Assembly (NCBI GenBank): GCA_943326655.2
Contig: CALPUC020000001.1
Coordinates: 1-32,378 of the forward strand
Reading direction: 5' to 3'
Length of the DNA: 32,378 nt
Origin: Rhodoluna limnophila
Lineage (GTDB): Bacteria > Actinomycetota > Actinomycetes > Actinomycetales > Microbacteriaceae
Every line of letters begins with the position of its first letter. The first letter of the stretch is position 1. Below are positions 18,492 through 27,681 of this stretch, one piece after another. The position numbers were made by a program, and so were the translations under genes. Under the pieces are notes generated by a model. That model was not told the origin of the DNA. It ran no database searches and saw only the letters and a list, made by a program, of their open reading frames with translations.

Positions 18492-19957
18492 ACCAGTTGA
18501 TTTCAAAACGCGGGAAGCTACCCAACAGTGATGTTGAGTGGCTGAATCTGCTAGTCGGCGACTGGCAGCTGGTAGCCGACCTCGTCAATTGTGATTTGGT
18601 GCTGTGGGTTCAATCAAAGGACGAAAAAGACTTCATTGCCGCCGCTCATTCAAGACCTTCTAGCGCAGGAACCCTCTTCTACCGCGACATCACTGGCGAG
18701 CCGCCAGCAAAACTTTGGGCCAAGCAAGTTTCGAAGGCATTCACATCAGGAACTCACCAAGACCTTCCAGTGCCCGACAACTACGACGGAATATCGATGC
18801 GAATTCGCGCTGTCCCGGTGCGCAGGCGTCTCAAGGCGAACCAGAACTTGTTCTCAGACCCAATCGCCGTGGTCACCGTTCACACCAACCTCAGCGAAGT
18901 GCGCGACCCCACCAAGCAACGAATCAACTTCCGCAATGTGGGCAACGAACTCTTGGAAATGATCGAAGAGGGAAGCTATCCCGATTTTCAGAACGCCACC
19001 GGTTCCAAGCGAGGCGCACCTCGAGCCAACGACGGGCTCCTAATCCTTGATGAAACCGACACCGTTACTTTTGCCAGCCCAAATGCACTAAGCGCATTCA
19101 ATCGCTTTGGAATTGCCGGTGAGTTGGTTGGTCAGAATCTACAACTAGCCATGGAAAAGGCGTTCGGGAAAAAGCTTCGTTCTGATGAGGACCTCGCAGT
19201 AGTGGTAAACGGCCGAGCTCCCTGGCGAGCAGATGCCCAAGGACCGACCATGACCCTGAGCCTTCGAGCCGTGCCACTCAAGAGCAATAACGAGCGAACC
19301 GGTGCAATCATCATGTGCCGCGATGTTTCAGAACTGAGGCGGCAAGAGCGTGAACTAATTACCAAAGACGCCACAATTCGCGAGATTCATCACCGCGTGA
19401 AGAACAACCTGCAAACCGTTGCCAGCCTGCTACGCATCCAAGCGAGGAGAACCGATAGTGACGAAGCCAAAGACGCTCTAGACCAGGCCATGCGTCGCGT
19501 GGCGGCTATTGCGCTCGTTCACGACACCCTGTCCACCGGCCTCAGCCAAGAAGTTAACTTTGATGAGGTTTTCGATCGGGTGCTCAAACTGACGTCAGAG
19601 GTTGCAGCAACCTCCGGCACCAGCGTGAAAACAATCATCGACGGTAAATTTGGTCAATTGCCGAGTGAGAAGGCAACCAGCCTAGCCATGGCAATCACTG
19701 AAATCGTCACCAACGCGGTTCAGCACGGATTGGCAAACGCTTCCGGTGTGGTGCATGTTAGCGCCGAGCGCAAAGGAAAAAAACTAACAGTGACTATCTC
19801 CGACAATGGCAAAGGCCTACCGGACAAAAAACTTCAGGAAGGCCTTGGCACGAGTATTGTGAAATCGCTCATCGAGGGCGAACTTCGGGGGAGTATCAAC
19901 TGGTTTTCGCCAAAAGAGGGCGGCACCAGAGTGGTAGTTGAATTACCGCTCAGCTAG
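18479..19957 (+). CDS. pdtaS: Cytoplasmic sensor kinase PdtaS
   Basis: DWQLVADL N-terminal domain, PAS region, KDATIREIHHRVKNNLQTVASLLR H-box, GLGTSIV; no TM; convergent with whiB1. Confidence 0.88.
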   Translation: MSTLNQLISKRGKLPNSDVEWLNLLVGDWQLVADLVNCDLVLWVQSKDEKDFIAAAHSRPSSAGTLFYRDITGEPPAKLWAKQVSKAFTSGTHQDLPVPDNYDGISMRIRAVPVRRRLKANQNLFSDPIAVVTVHTNLSEVRDPTKQRINFRNVGNELLEMIEEGSYPDFQNATGSKRGAPRANDGLLILDETDTVTFASPNALSAFNRFGIAGELVGQNLQLAMEKAFGKKLRSDEDLAVVVNGRAPWRADAQGPTMTLSLRAVPLKSNNERTGAIIMCRDVSELRRQERELITKDATIREIHHRVKNNLQTVASLLRIQARRTDSDEAKDALDQAMRRVAAIALVHDTLSTGLSQEVNFDEVFDRVLKLTSEVAATSGTSVKTIIDGKFGQLPSEKATSLAMAITEIVTNAVQHGLANASGVVHVSAERKGKKLTVTISDNGKGLPDKKLQEGLGTSIVKSLIEGELRGSINWFSPKEGGTRVVVELPLS

Positions 19958-20204
19958 CGCGGCGAGCACGAGCATACTTGCGCTTTAGCGACTTACGCTC
20001 GTCTTCGGAAAGCCCACCCCAAATGCCGGTGTCCTGGTTCTCTTTGATCGAGTACTCAAGGCAGCTGGTGGAAACAGCGCATTCGCGACAGATGGCTTTG
20101 GCCTGGTCGATTTGGTCAACCGCTGGCCCGGTGTTGCCAACCGGGAAGAATAGCTCAGGGTCTTCGGTGAGACATTTAGCTTCATCTTGCCAGTGCATAT
20201 CCAT
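19950..20204 (-). CDS. whiB1: WhiB1 Fe-S transcription factor
   Basis: CLTEDPELFFPVGNTGPA...CREC...C...GIWGGLSEDERKSLKR; AAGGA SD. Confidence 0.92.
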   Translation of the reverse strand: MDMHWQDEAKCLTEDPELFFPVGNTGPAVDQIDQAKAICRECAVSTSCLEYSIKENQDTGIWGGLSEDERKSLKRKYARARRAS

Positions 20205-20385
20205 GCGGTTATTCCTTTATCTAGAACTAAAAATAAAAACAAAAAACCAAAGTAACTAAGGCTTTTAGTGGGTAGAAACTGAAGGGTGTTTTACTCTTGA
20301 TAAGAGATTTGAAACCTTTGTTTCCTCTCTAAATCGTTTCACAGAACCACCCACTTATCAAGACCCAATTTCTTAGGACGAGCGC

Positions 20386-20766
20386 ATGCCGAGCAATAAG
20401 CCTTTCCAGTTCGCTCTAGCCTTAGCCTCCATCGAAGTTGTAACGGCCGCCGCCGTAACCCTCTACTTTTCTTACGGCCTTGTCACCAATCAGGCAAGAG
20501 ACTTCTTAGTGCTCCTCTCGATAGTCGTCCTCATGGCTGGCACGACAGCCTTCCTGGCAGCTGCAACAAAAGCCTTTTACGATCGAAAGCGCTGGGGGAG
20601 ATCCGCACTTATTTTCTGGCAGTTTCTTCAAATCACACTCGGTTGGGGTTCAGTCGAAGGCCAGAGCGGCATTCTGTGGCTTGGAATCACGATCTTCGCG
20701 GTTTCGGGCGTCACAGCGCTTCTTCTTTTTTCCAAACCGGTGGCTAGACTTTTCGAAGAAGAGTAA
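20386..20766 (+). CDS. Small four-TM membrane protein (Rv3217c-like)
   Basis: Four hydrophobic segments, RKRWGRSALIFWQ motif, divergent from whiB1. Confidence 0.6.
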   Translation: MPSNKPFQFALALASIEVVTAAAVTLYFSYGLVTNQARDFLVLLSIVVLMAGTTAFLAAATKAFYDRKRWGRSALIFWQFLQITLGWGSVEGQSGILWLGITIFAVSGVTALLLFSKPVARLFEEE

Positions 20767-20789
20767 ACACCAAACGAGCAGGAGAACAA

Positions 20790-21068
20790 TTGAAGAAAAT
20801 CATCGGCGCACTGGCTTTATCAACTCTTGCTCTAAGCCTCACCGGTTGCAGCTTCATCCAAGAATCCGCAGTGTCGTCAGCTTCATATGAAGCCGGTAAG
20901 TTGTTTGCCAACGCCATCCCCGCCGATCAGCTCGAAACCCTAAACATCACTAACCCCGCAACCTTCTGCGACGAGTATTCGAAGATCGCTGAGGGAGCGG
21001 CAACAGTTGAAGGCTTCTCCGCGTCAGAATTTACTCGCGGTTGCACCGAGGCTTTTGAAGCCAAATAA
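20790..21068 (+). CDS. Small lipoprotein of unknown function
   Basis: MKK plus hydrophobic core plus LTGC lipobox; AGGAGA SD before a TTG start. Confidence 0.7.
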   Translation: MKKIIGALALSTLALSLTGCSFIQESAVSSASYEAGKLFANAIPADQLETLNITNPATFCDEYSKIAEGAATVEGFSASEFTRGCTEAFEAK

Positions 21069-21071
21069 CTA

Positions 21072-21542
21072 CTAAAGACCAATTAGCTTCTTTAGCATAT
21101 CCACGTGACCGGTTGCCTTCACGTTGTATAGCGCCAACTGAACGACGCCTTTTTCATCCACCACAAAAGTTGAACGAAGAACACCTTCGTATTCGCGACC
21201 ATACATTTTCTTGAGTCCGTATGCTCCGTAAGCCTTGTGCACCGAGAGATCCTCATCAGACAGCAGATCAAATCGCAAAGCCTGATCCTTCACAAACTTC
21301 AACAGTTTCGCGGGCTTATCCGGCGAAATCCCAACCACAGCATAGCCAGCGGCGGTAAACACATTCAGAGACTCCTCGAAGTCGCAGGCCTCCTTGGTGC
21401 ATCCAGGAGTGGCAGCTGCTGGGTAAAAGTAAACAATCACTTTTTTACCAGCCAAAGAAGCCAACGAAACGGCCTCATTGTTCTGGTTTGGAAGGGTAAA
21501 TGCAGGAGCCTTGACTCCACTGTCTAAACGAACGTCACTCAT
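21072..21542 (-). CDS. bcp: Peroxiredoxin Bcp/PrxQ
   Basis: VYFYPAAATPGCTKEACDF, RSTFVVD; TAGGCT -10 (21554-21549) 6 nt before the ATG suggests a leaderless mRNA. Confidence 0.95.
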   Translation of the reverse strand: MSDVRLDSGVKAPAFTLPNQNNEAVSLASLAGKKVIVYFYPAAATPGCTKEACDFEESLNVFTAAGYAVVGISPDKPAKLLKFVKDQALRFDLLSDEDLSVHKAYGAYGLKKMYGREYEGVLRSTFVVDEKGVVQLALYNVKATGHVDMLKKLIGL

Positions 21543-21558
21543 AGCAATAGCCTAGCGT

Positions 21559-21587
21559 TTGCCTAGTCAAACATCCTTTGGTAATGT
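21559..21587 (+). promoter_or_regulatory. SigA-type promoter of the tRNA
   Basis: TTGCCT-17 nt-TAATGT with TG at the extended -10 position. Confidence 0.6.
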
Positions 21588-21612
21588 TGGAACTCGTTGC
21601 CAAAAACAACTA

Positions 21613-21685
21613 GCACCTCTAGCTCAATCGGCAGAGCAACTGACTCTTAATCAGTGGGTTCTCGGTTCAAGTCCGAGGGGGTGCA
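21613..21685 (+). tRNA. tRNA-Lys (CTT)
   Basis: Acceptor GCACCTC/GGGGTGC, D arm GCTC...GAGC, anticodon arm ACTGA-CTCTTAA-TCAGT, T arm CTCGG-TTCAAGT-CCGAG; CCA not encoded. Confidence 0.97.
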
Positions 21686-21687
21686 CG

Positions 21688-21725
21688 AAATCCCGGTTCC
21701 TTCTCACGAGGACCGGGATTTTCTT
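21688..21725 (+). terminator. Intrinsic terminator after the tRNA, possibly bidirectional
   Basis: AAATCCCGGTTCCT-loop-AGGACCGGGATTT followed by a T-rich tail; sits between the convergent tRNA and esterase. Confidence 0.75.
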
Positions 21726-21735
21726 CGTTTCGGGG

Positions 21736-22665
21736 CTAGGCAGCGAGAGCCTTTGCGAGCCAGCCAATTGACCTGGCTAGGTACTCCTTCGAAATCTGAG
21801 CATCCGGGGCCACCCCTTGGAAACTGTGAGGACCACCAGAAACAACGTCTAGCTCGCAGGGGACCCCGGCAGCCTTCAACCTTTCGGCGTATTTTCGATC
21901 TTCTTGATAGAACAACTCGATGTCGCCAACGCCCATCCATGCCGCGGGAAGCCCCTTGAGGTCTTCTCTTCGCGAGGGAGCCGCATAGGCAGAGACTTCA
22001 TCTGTGCCAATCTGAGAGCCAAGATAGCTGCTCCAGCCGGCGAGGTTTAGCTTGTTGTTCCAGACAAAGTGGTCGTCGTCATCTAGTGAGCGGTCGAGCG
22101 CTGTTCTATCGTCGAGCATCGGGCAGAACAACCACTGAGCAATCGGCTGAGTTCCCCCTTCGTCGTGAATTCGAAGCACAGACCCGGCAGCCAGCCCTCC
22201 TCCGGCGCTTTCGCCACCGATTGCCATTCGCTTGATGTCGATGTCGTATTTGGCCGCATTTGATAGCAGCCAGTGCCACGCTTCATTGCAGTCATCGATT
22301 GCAGCTGGGTATGGATTCTCGGGTGCGAGACGGTAATCCGGTGAAACAATGACGATGTTGAGCTCTGTCGCAATTCGCGAGAGTAAAGCGTCGTCTATCT
22401 CTGGCGACCCGATGATCATGCCACCGCCGTGGATGTAGAGCATTGCTCCCTTAGGTCTAGTCGAGACCGGTTTGAAGACTCTGAGTCTTTGCCCACTTGC
22501 AGTTTTTAGCCAGGTGATTGAAACGCCCTCTGGGGCCTTCGCTCGAGGCAAAAGCAGTGGCAGCAGAAATCTGGTCACTTTCCTTCCGAAGTTGCTCTCA
22601 AGGGGGAGTTTTGGGAACGAAGCGACGGCTTTTCTCAGTTCTGGGCGAACGCGATTGATATCCAT
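21736..22665 (-). CDS. Alpha/beta hydrolase, HSL-like (family IV) esterase
   Basis: YIHGGG, DYRLAPENPYPAAIDD, GESAGG nucleophile elbow, distal D and GPHSF. Start reset to the ATG at 22665, which has an AGGAGA SD. Confidence 0.9.
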   Translation of the reverse strand: MDINRVRPELRKAVASFPKLPLESNFGRKVTRFLLPLLLPRAKAPEGVSITWLKTASGQRLRVFKPVSTRPKGAMLYIHGGGMIIGSPEIDDALLSRIATELNIVIVSPDYRLAPENPYPAAIDDCNEAWHWLLSNAAKYDIDIKRMAIGGESAGGGLAAGSVLRIHDEGGTQPIAQWLFCPMLDDRTALDRSLDDDDHFVWNNKLNLAGWSSYLGSQIGTDEVSAYAAPSRREDLKGLPAAWMGVGDIELFYQEDRKYAERLKAAGVPCELDVVSGGPHSFQGVAPDAQISKEYLARSIGWLAKALAA

Positions 22666-22801
22666 TGTGAATCTCCTAAGCGATTTGTTGCTGTGGCCAC
22701 TAAATTCCGCAAACAGGTTACTTGAGACCATTATGGCTTGCCTGCGCTTCGAACTAGCGGATGCGGAACCCCAAGACCGGCTCTGTTCCGGCAGTGTGTA
22801 G

Positions 22802-22837
22802 CAAAGAGCCCCACAGGTTTCCCTGCAGGGCTCTTTG
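22802..22837 (-). terminator. Terminator hairpin of the nrd operon
   Basis: Minus strand CAAAGAGCCCUGCAGG-GAAA-CCUGUGGGGCUCUUUG: 16-bp stem including two G-U pairs, GNRA loop, 11 nt after the nrdF stop. Confidence 0.8.
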
Positions 22838-22848
22838 AAGAACTTGTA

Positions 22849-25996
<3,148 letters not shown>

Positions 25997-26018
<22 letters not shown>

Positions 26019-26407
26019 AATTTTTGGATTCTCTCTTTTACTTCAAAAACATCGTCTGGGGTTCCCAGGATCTCTACTCGGTAGAGAAGCGGGACTTGTA
26101 ACTTCTCGGAGATTATGTCGCCGGCGATGCAGTAGGTTTCACCGAAATTGGTGTTACCTAAGGCAATTACGCCGGCGATGTGGTTCCGATTTTTAGGGTT
26201 ATTTAGAAACTTGATAACTTGAATTGGTACTGCTCTTTTGTCTTCTCCGCCACCATAGGTGGGAACCACCAGGATGCTGTCACTTTTAACCTCAAAGTCT
26301 TCGACTTCCTTAGTAAAAAGCGGGATACGACTTGCTTTTATTCCAAGCTTTTCAACGAAGCGTTTGGTGTTTTCTGAGGCACTCGAGAAGTAAACGATAT
26401 CGAACAC
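25997..26407 (-). CDS. nrdI: Flavodoxin-like NrdI
   Basis: [28 protein letters not shown]. Confidence 0.95.
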
Positions 26408-26426
26408 TTCACACCGCGTTAAATTA

Positions 26427-26660
26427 CTAGTTCTTGAGGGCTAGAATTTTGTCCATTTTGAAGCCCGACCAGTGATCCTCACCGGCGATAACAACTGGTG
26501 CAGCGGTGTAACCGAGGGCCTGAATCATCTCAAGAGCTTGAGGGTCCTGGCTTAGGTCAACAACGTTGAACTCAATGTTTTCGCGGGTCAGTACGCGCTT
26601 GGTGCTGTCGCACTGAACGCAAGCTGGCAGGGTGTAAACGGTTGCAACTGCAGCACTCAT
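26427..26660 (-). CDS. nrdH: Glutaredoxin-like NrdH
   Basis: VYTLPACVQC, LGYTAAPVV, HWSGF. Confidence 0.95.
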   Translation of the reverse strand: MSAAVATVYTLPACVQCDSTKRVLTRENIEFNVVDLSQDPQALEMIQALGYTAAPVVIAGEDHWSGFKMDKILALKN

Positions 26661-26719
26661 TTGTTACTCATTTCTAAAAGGGCCTTAGCGGTTTTAGAAG
26701 GAGTTGCCGCTACCAATAT

Positions 26720-26882
26720 CTCTACAATTCTATCAAATCTAGAGACACCGAAACCGCACCCTTCGCGAACCGCGAAAGTGATTTTTCAGATCGGCACCAG
26801 GTCTATCGTTGGAGAACCTTTTTCAGGTTCACGTCAGACTTTCACTGGCGTCCCCTAGTTGCAGATCTATTTAGTTGTAGAG
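26720..26882 (-). ncRNA. Candidate structured RNA (sRNA or cis-regulatory leader) upstream of nrdH
   Basis: Nested helices found by hand, several using G-U pairs that work only on the minus strand; own -10 TAGTAT at 26890-26885; no credible ORF. Family not recognised. Confidence 0.55.
26727..26735 (-). promoter_or_regulatory. Proximal extended -10 promoter for nrdHIEF
   Basis: Minus strand TGaTAGAAT, predicting a start near 26720 and a ~60-nt leader. Confidence 0.55.
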
Positions 26883-26884
26883 CG

Positions 26885-26930
26885 ATACTACGTCAGCAAA
26901 ATTAAGCATTTCGCAAGTACTCGGTGTGTC
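26885..26930 (-). promoter_or_regulatory. Distal promoter: TAGTAT -10 with an upstream GACAC motif
   Basis: TAGTAT at 26890-26885 puts +1 on an A at 26878; GACAC (WhiA-type motif) at 26930-26926; AT-rich tract further upstream. Confidence 0.45.
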
Positions 26931-26982
26931 GCGATAAAAATTTTATAAAGTTTTCGAAAACCCTAAATCGGCCTTGAAATCC

Positions 26983-27582
26983 TTATAAAAAGAGCACTGG
27001 AACCATCGAAGCGACCAATAAAACGGCGGCTGTGATGTTGAAAATCCGTCGCGGAGTGGTTTTTGACAGCAAACCAGACATGGCCTCACCGAAAGCTGCC
27101 CAAATCACGGCACCAGGGTAGGTGGCAATCAAAAACACGGCCAGAGTCCAGGCGACCTGGGGCAAAGTTGGTTGCTCCGGAAGATAAGCGGCGACCACCG
27201 ACATCACCACAATCCAGGCTTTTGGGTTGACCAGCTGAAATAGGGTTGCCCGAAAAAACCCGACCTGTCGAATTTCCTCATGCTTGCTAGCGAAAGACGA
27301 CGAAATGATGCCGTAGGCCATGTAGAGAATGTAAGCGAAACCGACGTATTTGAGCCATTCCTGTATTTGGGGGTAGGCGTCGAACAGCGCACCAACGCCA
27401 AGATAGATGGCAGAGAACATCAAAACCAGCCCGACCATGATTCCGTTGATGTAGGTGAGAGATCTGCGGGTGCCGAAGTTCATCCCGCTGGTGAGTAGGT
27501 AAGTGTTGTTTGGGCCGGGGGTCACTGAGGTTACAAAGCCAAAAACGGCGATGCCAATCAGGGAAGAAAAGATCTCATTCAC
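26983..27582 (-). CDS. LysE/RhtB-family exporter (EamB-like)
   Basis: SVTPGPNNTYLLTSGMNFG, FQLVNPKAW, about six TM helices. Confidence 0.88.
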   Translation of the reverse strand: MNEIFSSLIGIAVFGFVTSVTPGPNNTYLLTSGMNFGTRRSLTYINGIMVGLVLMFSAIYLGVGALFDAYPQIQEWLKYVGFAYILYMAYGIISSSFASKHEEIRQVGFFRATLFQLVNPKAWIVVMSVVAAYLPEQPTLPQVAWTLAVFLIATYPGAVIWAAFGEAMSGLLSKTTPRRIFNITAAVLLVASMVPVLFL

Positions 27583-27681
27583 CTGCTAAGTCAACCACAG
27601 TGCATGGCTATTTTTTGGGGTTTTTACTGGCTAGCCACGCGGGTTAGACTTAAAACCCTGTTTTAAATGTTTGGGGGAACG

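Noticed and set aside
21559-21959. Track ORFs spanning the tRNA, and the 65-aa ORF at 26661-26858
   Set aside because: They overlap RNA or regulatory elements or are antisense to real genes, with no SD and no recognisable protein features.
26711-26745. Two NrdR-box-like 16-mers (taccaatatctctaca, ctatcaaatctagaga) flanking the proximal -10
   Set aside because: Each misses core consensus positions and they are 19 nt apart, not a whole number of helical turns. Plausible but not supportable without a PWM scan.
26720-26882. Cobalamin, TPP or ykkC riboswitch, or group II intron domain V, as identity of the structured element
   Set aside because: Only short fragments resemble them (CUAGGGG, GAACCUGA, GUGAAAGUC). 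The B12 box, TPP CUGAGA and P4/P5, ykkC 3' motif and the domain V catalytic triad are absent.
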